From assembly GCA_964426105.1 (NCBI GenBank), contig CAYRPB010000001.1:1-47723 (forward strand): 47,723 nt of DNA, written 5' to 3'. The stretch's first letter is position 1. The number at the start of each line of letters is the position of its first letter. A program made the translations under genes and the position numbers. Below are positions 25,468-34,072 of the stretch, one piece after another. The stretch is from an uncultured Clostridia bacterium. Lineage in GTDB: Bacteria > Bacillota > Clostridia > Christensenellales > Borkfalkiaceae. The notes under the pieces were generated by a model. That model did not search any database, was not told the origin of the DNA, and saw only the letters and a list, made by a program, of their open reading frames with translations.

Positions 25468-26040
25468 ATGGAAAGTGTGTTGTTAGCGGCGTCTTCCGAG
25501 CAGAGCGCTGTTGCAATCGGGAAACTCGTTGCAAAATACGGCGTTCACGATATCGTTTTTGTATCAAACGGTATGGAAGCACGCAGAAAATTGCTTGAAC
25601 GTGCGTTTGATTTGTTGGTAGTGAACGCGCCTCTTTCCGATGAGTACGGAGAAGCCCTAGCGCGAGACGTTTCGGCAGGGTATCGGACGCAGGTTTTGTT
25701 ATTGGTGCGTGAAAATACGGGAGAAATCGCTTATAAAATGGAGCAATGCGGTGTATTTACGCTTGAGCGCCCGATCAATCATATCGTTTTTTTTAACGTA
25801 TTAAAAATGATTAATGCGGCGCATTATAAGTTCGTACAAGTATATGAGGAGCGAGAACGATTAAAGAGTCGTTTGGAAGATATGCGGCTAATCGGTTTGG
25901 CAAAATGCCTTTTAATCGAAAAACTTTATTATACGGAAGCAGCCGCGCACAAGCAGATAGAAAAAATTGCAATGAACGAGCGAAAAAGCAAGTTGCAAGT
26001 CGCTCGTGAAATAATAGAGAAATATCGTTCTTTGGAGTAA
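25468..26040 (+). CDS. ANTAR-domain RNA-binding regulator with a degenerate (pseudo-)receiver domain
   Basis: 190 aa. C-terminal ANTAR-like helices (RLEDMRLIGLAKCLLIEKLYYTEAAAHKQIEKIAMNERKSKLQVAREII). N-terminal CheY-like fold with Asn in place of the phospho-acceptor Asp (DLLVVNAPL). Lies 5 nt after the GS-like gene. Confidence 0.82.
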   Translation: MESVLLAASSEQSAVAIGKLVAKYGVHDIVFVSNGMEARRKLLERAFDLLVVNAPLSDEYGEALARDVSAGYRTQVLLLVRENTGEIAYKMEQCGVFTLERPINHIVFFNVLKMINAAHYKFVQVYEERERLKSRLEDMRLIGLAKCLLIEKLYYTEAAAHKQIEKIAMNERKSKLQVAREIIEKYRSLE

Positions 26041-26044
26041 ATAA

Positions 26045-27637
26045 ATGACAAAGTATATTTTTGTAACGGGCGGCGTTGTGTCCGGTTTGGGCAAGGGAAT
26101 TACCGCGGCTAGTCTTGGGCGACTTTTGAAAGCGCGCGGATTAAAGGTCGCTGCGCAGAAGTTAGATCCTTATATCAATATCGATCCTGGCACGATGAGT
26201 CCTTATGAACACGGAGAAGTTTTTGTAACGGAAGACGGCGCGGAAACAGACCTCGATCTCGGTCATTACGAGCGGTTTATTGATGAAAATCTCAACAAGT
26301 TTTCCAATTTGACCACGGGAAAGGTTTATTGGAACGTTTTGAATAAGGAACGTAACGGAGATTATCTCGGAAAGACCGTTCAGGTGATTCCGCATGTAAC
26401 CAACGAGATTAAGTCTTTTATTTATAACGTCGGAAAAAAGACGGACGCGGACGTTGTAATTACGGAAATCGGGGGAACGATCGGCGATATCGAAAGTCAA
26501 CCGTTTTTGGAAGCGATTCGACAAGTTGCTTGGGAAGTCGGGCGTGAAAACTGCCTTTATATGCACGTGACACTTGTTCCTTATATTTCCGGTTCTTGTG
26601 AGTTCAAGAGCAAACCGACGCAACATTCAGTTAAAGAAATGCAGGGTTTGGGAATTCACCCCGATCTTATTATTGCTCGCGTCGACGCACCTATGCCGCA
26701 GGACGTTAAGAGAAAAATTGCATATTTTTGTAACGTAAAAGAGGATTGCGTGATTGATAATATTACGGTTTCTTCTTTATACGAAGCCCCGTTAATGTTA
26801 GAAAACAGCAATCTTTCGGAGATTGTTTGTCGAGAATTGAGAATCTGTGCGCAAGAGGCGGATATGAAAGAATGGATTGAAATGGTCGATCGTATTCATC
26901 GTCGGAAATTGCGCGTCACGATCGGAATTGTCGGGAAATACGTGCGTTTACACGATGCGTATCTTTCTGTCGCGGAATCCTTAATGCATGCAGGCTTTGA
27001 AAATAATGCGGTTGTTGAGATTGCTTGGATTGACAGCGAAACGATTACGGAACAAACTGCGGACGATTTGCTTGGAGGGTTAGACGGGATTCTTGTCCCG
27101 GGCGGATTTGGAAATCGCGGAATCGAGGGAAAAATCCAAACGGCAAAATATGCAAGGGAGCACGATATCCCTTATTTGGGAATTTGCTTGGGAATGCAGA
27201 TTGCCGTGATTGAATTTGCTCGCAACGTATTGCGTTTGCCTCGCGCGAATTCAAAAGAATTCGACGAGGGGAGCCCCGATTGTGTAATCGATTTAATGCC
27301 GGATCAATTCGGCGTGCAGATGGGAGGAACGATGCGTTTAGGTGCTTACCCTTGTGCGGTGAAGAGCGGAACGCTTTTAGACCGCGCTTACGATTTGCCG
27401 TTGATTCAAGAGCGTCATCGTCATCGCTTTGAGTTTAATAACGTCTATCGTGCGGCGTTTGAAAAGAGCGGCATGATTTTTTCCGGATTATCTCCGGACG
27501 GAAAATTAGTGGAAGCGATCGAAATTCCTACGCATCGTTTTTACGTCGGGGTACAGTATCATCCTGAATTCAAATCGCGTCCGAATCGCGCGCATCCGCT
27601 TTTCCGCGAATTTGTGAAAGAATCGTTAAAGCACTGA
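26045..27637 (+). CDS. pyrG: CTP synthase
   Basis: 530 aa. [20 protein letters not shown]-terminus and a C-terminal amidotransferase (GICLGMQ, QYHPEF). Confidence 0.95.
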   Translation: MTKYIFVTGGVVSGLGKGITAASLGRLLKARGLKVAAQKLDPYINIDPGTMSPYEHGEVFVTEDGAETDLDLGHYERFIDENLNKFSNLTTGKVYWNVLNKERNGDYLGKTVQVIPHVTNEIKSFIYNVGKKTDADVVITEIGGTIGDIESQPFLEAIRQVAWEVGRENCLYMHVTLVPYISGSCEFKSKPTQHSVKEMQGLGIHPDLIIARVDAPMPQDVKRKIAYFCNVKEDCVIDNITVSSLYEAPLMLENSNLSEIVCRELRICAQEADMKEWIEMVDRIHRRKLRVTIGIVGKYVRLHDAYLSVAESLMHAGFENNAVVEIAWIDSETITEQTADDLLGGLDGILVPGGFGNRGIEGKIQTAKYAREHDIPYLGICLGMQIAVIEFARNVLRLPRANSKEFDEGSPDCVIDLMPDQFGVQMGGTMRLGAYPCAVKSGTLLDRAYDLPLIQERHRHRFEFNNVYRAAFEKSGMIFSGLSPDGKLVEAIEIPTHRFYVGVQYHPEFKSRPNRAHPLFREFVKESLKH

Positions 27638-27682
27638 AAAAACAATTTTTTTTGATTATTTTTATGTCTGATAAAATCGATT

Positions 27683-27717
27683 AAAAGAGTACTGATTTAT
27701 TTCAGTGCTCTTTTTTC
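27683..27717. terminator. Bidirectional terminator between pyrG and the convergent dnaI-like gene
   Basis: AGAGTACTGA / TCAGTGCTCT: a 10-bp stem (one G-U), 6-nt loop, with AAAA upstream and TTTTTT downstream. Confidence 0.7.
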
Positions 27718-27728
27718 GACATAAAAAC

Positions 27729-28646
27729 TTATTTAATTAGTCGTAAATCCAAAGAGGGAAATTGAAGTGCTACGCCGATTCTTTTATCCATTAAGCGACT
27801 GTAAAAACGATCTCCGTAGCGCGTTAAAATTTCTTGCGGATTGAGGTTTGTCGTAATAATCGTATGTCTTTGCGCTGCAATTCGTTCGGATAAAACGGAC
27901 AGCAAATATTCTTTTGTTACGTTTCGGTATATTTGCTCTGTTCCGAGATCGTCAATGACGAGCAGATCGCATTCGATAACGGGATCGAGCGAGGGACGAG
28001 ATTCGTTAAAATCGGTATGGTGCTTTAACAAAAGATGATTAAGGGCGAAGGAAGAAATCACAATAACCGAAAACCCCTTGCTTGCAATCTCCTTCGCCGT
28101 CATTTCGGCAAGATAGGTTTTTCCGCCTCCTGTTGCTCCCGTGAATAACAAATTTCGTTTTGTTACATTTGGAAATTGATGGCAAAACCGCTTCATTTTT
28201 TCATACGTTTGTTGTAATTTCGGCTCTTTTTTCATTGTGTCTTCACAAAAAGACGGGAGCACTTGAACCGGAATTCCGATATTTTGCTTTTCCGATTCGA
28301 GCAATCGTTTTTTTAAACACGTACAATATTCCGTTCCGACAATTCCGGTATCGTGGCATATCTCGCACGAATAACGGGGGGTGAGGTCATTCGGGGTCAT
28401 GCCGATTTTTTTCAAGGCAGAGACTAGGCGATCGGATAATTCCCGTATCCGTTTGGTAATATTTTCAAATTCTTTTTCGGTATGAGCATAAAGCACATAT
28501 TCCGATTCCGTTTCTTTCAGTGCGCGATAAACTGTTGCAACGGATTCGTCTTGCAATGCGCGCCGTAAATTGCGCGATGCAACGAATTCTGCTTTTTCTC
28601 TGCTTGCTTGTAATTGCTGTTCGATTTTGTAAAGATTGGATGCCAT
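27729..28646 (-). CDS. dnaI: DnaI/DnaC-family helicase loader (AAA+ ATPase)
   Basis: Walker A GATGGGKTYLA, Walker B LLVIDDLGTE, and an N-terminal Cys cluster CEICHDTG...CTC. I prefer the ATG at 28646 (MASNLYK..., 1 nt after the upstream stop) to the TTG at 28667 used in the ORF track. Confidence 0.78.
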   Translation of the reverse strand: MASNLYKIEQQLQASREKAEFVASRNLRRALQDESVATVYRALKETESEYVLYAHTEKEFENITKRIRELSDRLVSALKKIGMTPNDLTPRYSCEICHDTGIVGTEYCTCLKKRLLESEKQNIGIPVQVLPSFCEDTMKKEPKLQQTYEKMKRFCHQFPNVTKRNLLFTGATGGGKTYLAEMTAKEIASKGFSVIVISSFALNHLLLKHHTDFNESRPSLDPVIECDLLVIDDLGTEQIYRNVTKEYLLSVLSERIAAQRHTIITTNLNPQEILTRYGDRFYSRLMDKRIGVALQFPSLDLRLIK

Positions 28647-28647
28647 A

Positions 28648-30072
28648 TCAGAATTCAATGTCCGCAATATCGTCGATCATTGCGTCCAATTCCTCCTTGG
28701 AGTAGTGATGTTCGTTTGTAAAATGCATTGTTTTTTGCGTTGCCTTTTCGGGTTGCGGAATTTGCTCCGGAGTATAAATCCCCATATTCTTCCAGTTTCC
28801 TAAAATCGCATTGACGTAGGCGATAGGGCTTGCTTTCCCGGAAGCGATTTTTGCCGCTTCCAAGATCATATTGTCCGTAAAATTCCAACTCTTCCACAAT
28901 TTCAGATTTTTTCTGTCCCAATTGTTTGGCTTGCGTTCGATTCCGACCGTTTCGAGAATGGATTTTATCAATTCGTCATTCTTTGTATATTGCTTAAAGT
29001 ATTCTGCGATACTGCCTAGGGAAATCAGTCCTTCTTTATAAAGAGCGCGTACGAGCGAATCCATTCCCTCCAATGTGTTCTTATTGTGTTTGAAACAATA
29101 GTTCGCAATCAAGAGGAGAGCGTCCTCTCGATAGCCGAAATTAACCCAATTGGAAGTGTAATGATCGACGACGGGATCTAAAACGTCGTAATAAACGGAT
29201 AATGCTTTATTAATTTTTATTGCGAGATCGTATATGTTTTTCTTATTGTCCAGATATTCTTGAATTTCTTGTGCGGAAAATTTTTTGTGCGCATAAAGTT
29301 CGGAAATAAATTCGTCCAACTTTTCGATGCTGCTTTTTTTAAATTTCCCGGCAGCGAATACAACCGTATCGTAATCGAACCCAAATTCTTTCGTCCATTT
29401 GTTCAAGTAATTGAGATCTTCCGGTTCCGGTTGCCGTTTGGTATTCATGGCGCGCAATAATTTTTCTAATTCCGCCGTGCGAAGAATATAAGCGGAAAGT
29501 TCTTTTTCGACTTTTTCTTCGGTATTGATTCCACGCTTGCCGAAATCTTTCGCGACGCTTGCAATGTAGCGGAAGCCGATATCGCCGCCTTTTCGATCCG
29601 TACAATACTTTACGATCATCAAAAGCGCTTCCGGTTTTAAACGGTAGGTTTCCATAATGTTGAAATATTCGGAATATTCGTTTGTTCCTATCATTCTTCC
29701 GGAAATCAACGGTTGCAATGCGGCGGTAAATTTTGCGTACTTTTCAGGCTTGAATTTTTTCGGACGCCCCATTCCGTTTGCGCGGAGAGAAAGGTATTGT
29801 ACCGAGAACGGCGATTCGGATGTTATGGTTACGACTCCGAATTCTTCCCAATACCGAAAACATTCGATTATGGTTTCTTCCGTCAATTTCACGTTTTTCG
29901 CAAACGAGGAAAGTTCCATATCGAATTCGGCGTTTTGACACAAAAACAAGCCGTAAGTGTAGACCTTTACGGCGTCGCCGGATGCTTCCGGAAGATATTC
30001 ATAAATAAAGATATTTTCCAAACTGGTGCAAGTAGTTCCGGAATATTCTTTTGCAAACGAGCAAAATGCCAT
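28648..30072 (-). CDS. DnaD-domain replication initiation protein (B. subtilis DnaB-like)
   Basis: 474 aa. Winged-helix-like N-terminus, then three DnaD/DDBH2-like segments. The last carries the typical YVNAILGNWKNMGIYTPEQI signature. Lies immediately upstream of the dnaI-like gene, as in dnaB-dnaI operons. Confidence 0.72.
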   Translation of the reverse strand: MAFCSFAKEYSGTTCTSLENIFIYEYLPEASGDAVKVYTYGLFLCQNAEFDMELSSFAKNVKLTEETIIECFRYWEEFGVVTITSESPFSVQYLSLRANGMGRPKKFKPEKYAKFTAALQPLISGRMIGTNEYSEYFNIMETYRLKPEALLMIVKYCTDRKGGDIGFRYIASVAKDFGKRGINTEEKVEKELSAYILRTAELEKLLRAMNTKRQPEPEDLNYLNKWTKEFGFDYDTVVFAAGKFKKSSIEKLDEFISELYAHKKFSAQEIQEYLDNKKNIYDLAIKINKALSVYYDVLDPVVDHYTSNWVNFGYREDALLLIANYCFKHNKNTLEGMDSLVRALYKEGLISLGSIAEYFKQYTKNDELIKSILETVGIERKPNNWDRKNLKLWKSWNFTDNMILEAAKIASGKASPIAYVNAILGNWKNMGIYTPEQIPQPEKATQKTMHFTNEHHYSKEELDAMIDDIADIEF

Positions 30073-30100
30073 GACTAAACGCTCCCTGCGTCAGAAACGC

Positions 30101-30129
30101 TTGATTTATTTTCTTATTCATATTATAAT
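30101..30129 (+). promoter_or_regulatory. Putative sigma-A promoter for sbcD (TTGATT-17 nt-TATAAT)
   Basis: TTGATT at 30101-30106, a 17-nt spacer, TATAAT at 30124-30129. About 80 nt upstream of the sbcD ATG. Confidence 0.45.
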
Positions 30130-30148
30130 ATTTCGTGAAAAAAATCAA
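30122..30148 (-). promoter_or_regulatory. Possible divergent promoter for the DnaD-like gene (TTGATT-15 nt-TATAAT)
   Basis: On the minus strand: TTGATT at 30148-30143 and TATAAT at 30127-30122. The palindromic TATTATAATA core is shared with the plus-strand -10. The spacer is only 15 nt, hence the low confidence. Confidence 0.3.
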
Positions 30149-30210
30149 GATATTTTAATTATTTTTTTATTCTGCACAAAATATTGTGTCTGAATTTACG
30201 GTGAGGGCAA

Positions 30211-31377
30211 ATGAGGTTTCTGCACACGTCCGATTGGCATATCGGGAAAAAATTAGAGGGAAGAGATCGACTAGAAGAGCAACGTGCCGTTTTGGAAGAA
30301 ATTGTATCCGTTGCGGATCGGGAAGAAGTCGACGTTGTTCTTGTTGCCGGTGATGTGTTCGATACTTATCTTCCGAGTTCGGAGGCGGAAGATTTGTTCT
30401 ACGAGATAGCGATGAAACTCGCCGATCGCAAACGTTTGGTTGTGATTATCAGCGGAAATCACGACGATGCAACGCGTCTTTGCGCTGCCGTTCCTTTAGC
30501 GGAAAAACTAGGGATTGTTTTAGTCGGCAATGCAAACGAGCCGATTTGCTCTCATATTGTGACCGAACGCGTGCGCGTCTGTTCCGCCGGAGCAGGGTGG
30601 CTTGTTTGCGAAAAGAATGAAGAACGCGCGTTTCTCTCTCTTGTTCCTTATCCTACGGAGAGTCGGTATAAAGAAGAGGTTTCGGAAGGAGAAAACTTTT
30701 CGGATAAAATGACGCGTTGGTTAAACGTCGGTGCGTTAAACAATACGGAAAATCTTCCAATGATTTTGGTTGGACATTTTTTTGCTGTTGGAGGCGTTGT
30801 TTCGGACAGCGAGAGGGAAATTGATCTTGGCGGCGTTCGTGCTGTATCAAAGGAAATGATGCCGAAGTGTGCTTACGTTGCTCTCGGACATTTACATAAA
30901 AAGCAAGTTATGAGTTGGACGAAAAACGTTCGTTATTCCGGCTCTATTCTTCCGTATGCGTTCGATGAGGCGGGATCGGAGAAAAGTGTTAGCGTCTTTG
31001 ACTTAAAAGACGGGAACGTAATCGATTTGAAAGAGATTCCGTTGACGTCCGGCAAACAATTGTATCGTCTTTACGCAGAAAGTCCGGAAGATGCCGAACG
31101 GCAACTTTCCGAGATCGAAAACGGATACGTGGAATTAAATTTGAGAATGGACCGCCCGTTGGAGTATGCGGAAAGCAAACGATTGCGCTCGCTTTTTCCG
31201 AACCTCGTGAAATTGAATTTGGAATTGATCGAAGAACAAAAACAGAAAGAGAGTTCACGTAAATCCTTAAATGATCGAGAGATGTTTACGGAGTACTACC
31301 GTTCAAAATTCGGGAAGTTGCCCGAAGAGCAATTGCTTGCTCTTTATATGGAACTTATGGAGGAGGTTGATCAATGA
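30211..31377 (+). CDS. sbcD: Exonuclease SbcD (Mre11-family nuclease)
   Basis: 388 aa. Calcineurin-like phosphoesterase motifs: HTSDWHIG, AGDVFD, GNHD, GHF, GHLH. Confidence 0.9.
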   Translation: MRFLHTSDWHIGKKLEGRDRLEEQRAVLEEIVSVADREEVDVVLVAGDVFDTYLPSSEAEDLFYEIAMKLADRKRLVVIISGNHDDATRLCAAVPLAEKLGIVLVGNANEPICSHIVTERVRVCSAGAGWLVCEKNEERAFLSLVPYPTESRYKEEVSEGENFSDKMTRWLNVGALNNTENLPMILVGHFFAVGGVVSDSEREIDLGGVRAVSKEMMPKCAYVALGHLHKKQVMSWTKNVRYSGSILPYAFDEAGSEKSVSVFDLKDGNVIDLKEIPLTSGKQLYRLYAESPEDAERQLSEIENGYVELNLRMDRPLEYAESKRLRSLFPNLVKLNLELIEEQKQKESSRKSLNDREMFTEYYRSKFGKLPEEQLLALYMELMEEVDQ

Positions 31378-34064
31378 AGCCCGTACGGTTGGAAATAGAG
31401 GGAATCAATAGTTTTTCTGAGCGACAAACGATTGATTTTCGACCTTTGATCGACGCCGGTTTGTTCGGAATATTCGGGAATACCGGGAGTGGAAAAAGTA
31501 CGATCTTGGATTGCATTATGCTTGCTCTTTACGGACGCTCGGAAAAGGGACAAAAAGGCGATTTTGTCAACATTAAAAAGTTGAAAGGGCGCGTTTTGTT
31601 TGCATTTGACGTAAAAGAGAACGGAAGTGATGTCCGTTACGAAGTTGTTCGTGAATTTCCTTTGAAAGACGATCGCGAGGCAAAAATCGCGTCTGCCGTT
31701 TTGTATCGAGAAGAAAACAGGGTAAAACGCGAGATCGAGGACGGAATGACTCGTGTTTCCGAGCGCCTTTATAATGTCATCGGGTTAAATTATGAGGATT
31801 TTAAGAAGTGTATTGTTTTGCCGCAGGGGGAGATCGATCGCTTTGTGAAATCGGCGAGAAGAGAGCGCCTTGAAATCGTCGGTCGTTTATTTTCGCTTGA
31901 TCGCTACGGAATTCGGTTGCAGGAACGCGTTCAAATTCGTTGGGCTGTTGCGCAGAGATCGTTGGAACAAGCAGAAGCGGAATATCGCGTTTTTGAGGAA
32001 TATCAAGTCGACATAATGCAAAAGATGGAAGCCGAACTTGCCTCGTCGGAAGAGCGCAAGGTTCGTTTGGAACGGGAACTTTTAGAATTAAAGAATTGCG
32101 TTGCGAAAGAAGAGGAGATTGCCGCTTTGCAAACGGAATTAGAGGATGCGCTTGCAAAGATAGAGGAATTTGAAAAAGCAAAACCCGTTGTGGAACGGCG
32201 GAAAGAAAAGATTTCTCGCGCGGAAACTGCTAAGAAAATTATAGAGGCGGATTCGGTCGTGCTTACATTTCAAGAGGAACTTGAAAAACTTGAGTCGGAA
32301 CTTAAAAACAACGATAAATTACTGAAAAGTTCAAATCAAATTATGTTAGACATAATAGATTCGGATAGTTATAACGGATACCAATCCGAGTTGGATCGAT
32401 TGACCGATCAAATGTCTGCGGCAAAGGCTCTCATAGAAACAGAACGACAAATAACGGAAAAAGAGAAACTCCTCAACGAAACGGAGAAAAAAACAGCGCA
32501 ATATCAATCGTCATTGACGGAAACAAAAAAACGATTGGAAGAGTTAACGAAAAAAATCGAAGAACTGCAAGCGGAATTAAAGTCGTTTGAAGAAAACGAT
32601 TTGTTCTTTGCGTTGGAGCACGCGATTGAAAAAGCGACGTTAACGACCGAATCGGAACGTTGGCGTTCGTATTTTAATGAAAAATTATTTTTGATAAAGC
32701 AGTATGAACCATCTCTTTTTCGAGAGGATGCTGAGCGCGAAGTCGAAAACGTAATTCGTAGCCTTGATGAAAAGTTGATTGATCAAACGGACGGAAAGAC
32801 TGACACTTTGGAAATGAAAAAGGCTCTTTATACCTCGATTGAGAAAGAGAAAAAGCGAGCGGAAGAGCACACAAAGACGGAAAAGCGTCTCGCCACATTA
32901 ATAAGCGATCGATCCTTGAAAGAAAAAGAAATACAAGTTACAAACGAACGTTTGGCTGAAATAATGAGGTCTGCCGATTCGCTTCGGAATGTTTTAACGG
33001 GAGAAAGAGAACGGTTGTCTGTCTTTGGAAACGGAAAAAGTATTTCCGAGATCGTAAAAGAAACCGAACGAAAAAAAGAACTTTTAGTAAAAAAGAAAGA
33101 ATCTTGGGAAGAAACCATTCGGAAAAACAGAGAACTTATTTCCGAACTAAGGGCTAAAAAGGCAACTCTCGAAGAGCGAAAAATATATTTTATCAAAAAT
33201 ATAGAAGAAAATCGTGAAATCGTGAAACAAAACATGGAAAAGTGTGGTATAATATCTATCACACAGGCGAAAGAGTCTTTTTTAACGGAAGAACAGATAT
33301 CGCACTATCTTCATGAGTTGGAACAATACGAACAACGTTTTTCTTTTTGGCGCGAAAAATACGGCATTGTAAAAGAGAAAATTGGCGATCGAAAGGTTGA
33401 CGTTGCAACTTTGGAAAAGAGGCGCGCACGACTGGAAGAACTTCAAAGAGAACTTAGGGAGACAGACGCGGCAATCGTTGCGGGAAAAATAAAATCCGAG
33501 GATTATCGCGGCAAGTTAAAAAAGAAGAAAGAGTTAGAAAAAAAATGTGCGGAAATACGAAAGTCATTCGGCTTGATCGATCAACTTTCTTCGCTTGTAA
33601 AAAAACAGTCGCTGATGGAATTTGTCGCAGACGAATATCTGAGAGAAATCGCGCAATCCGCTTCCGGTACGCTTGCCGAGTTGACGTTGGGAAGATATTC
33701 ACTCGACTATGAAAAGGAATTTTTCATTGCGGACAATCTGAACGGCGGCATGCCGCGCGGTGTTAATACGCTGTCCGGCGGAGAGGTGTTTTTAGTATCG
33801 CTTTCTCTTGCAGTTGCTTTATCCGAAGCGATTTGCGAACGCTCCAAAACGCCGATTGAATTTTTCTTTTTGGACGAGGGGTTCGGCGCATTGGACGGAA
33901 CGCTTGTCGAAATCGTGATGGATAGTTTGGAAAAACTAAAAAACACACATTTCTCTATCGGCTTAATTTCGCACGTTGCGGAATTGAAACATCGAATCAA
34001 TGCAAAAATACTCGTAGAGGGAGCGTCCGAGGAAAAGGGCTCTGTCATCTCTCTCTCGATTTAA
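31374..34064 (+). CDS. sbcC: Exonuclease SbcC (Rad50-family ATPase)
   Basis: 896 aa. Walker A GNTGSGKST, a long coiled coil, C-terminal signature LSGGEVFLVSLSLA, and Walker B FFFLDEGFGALD. ATGA overlap with sbcD. Confidence 0.88.
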   Translation: MKPVRLEIEGINSFSERQTIDFRPLIDAGLFGIFGNTGSGKSTILDCIMLALYGRSEKGQKGDFVNIKKLKGRVLFAFDVKENGSDVRYEVVREFPLKDDREAKIASAVLYREENRVKREIEDGMTRVSERLYNVIGLNYEDFKKCIVLPQGEIDRFVKSARRERLEIVGRLFSLDRYGIRLQERVQIRWAVAQRSLEQAEAEYRVFEEYQVDIMQKMEAELASSEERKVRLERELLELKNCVAKEEEIAALQTELEDALAKIEEFEKAKPVVERRKEKISRAETAKKIIEADSVVLTFQEELEKLESELKNNDKLLKSSNQIMLDIIDSDSYNGYQSELDRLTDQMSAAKALIETERQITEKEKLLNETEKKTAQYQSSLTETKKRLEELTKKIEELQAELKSFEENDLFFALEHAIEKATLTTESERWRSYFNEKLFLIKQYEPSLFREDAEREVENVIRSLDEKLIDQTDGKTDTLEMKKALYTSIEKEKKRAEEHTKTEKRLATLISDRSLKEKEIQVTNERLAEIMRSADSLRNVLTGERERLSVFGNGKSISEIVKETERKKELLVKKKESWEETIRKNRELISELRAKKATLEERKIYFIKNIEENREIVKQNMEKCGIISITQAKESFLTEEQISHYLHELEQYEQRFSFWREKYGIVKEKIGDRKVDVATLEKRRARLEELQRELRETDAAIVAGKIKSEDYRGKLKKKKELEKKCAEIRKSFGLIDQLSSLVKKQSLMEFVADEYLREIAQSASGTLAELTLGRYSLDYEKEFFIADNLNGGMPRGVNTLSGGEVFLVSLSLAVALSEAICERSKTPIEFFFLDEGFGALDGTLVEIVMDSLEKLKNTHFSIGLISHVAELKHRINAKILVEGASEEKGSVISLSI

Positions 34065-34072
34065 GGTGAAAT

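Noticed and set aside
30175-30188. A small palindrome, CACAA-AATA-TTGTG, upstream of sbcD. I considered it as an operator, for example SOS-type.
   Set aside because: It does not match the Firmicutes LexA box (CGAAC-N4-GTTCG). The arms are only 5 bp, so chance occurrence is likely.
30071-30193. A 40-codon plus-strand ORF (MTKRSLRQKRLIYFLIHIIIFREKNQDILIIFLFCTKYCV) in the dnaD-like/sbcD intergenic region.
   Set aside because: It has no RBS. Its ATG overlaps the start codon of the divergent gene, and it runs through the AT-rich promoter region. Its composition simply reflects translation of AT-rich DNA.
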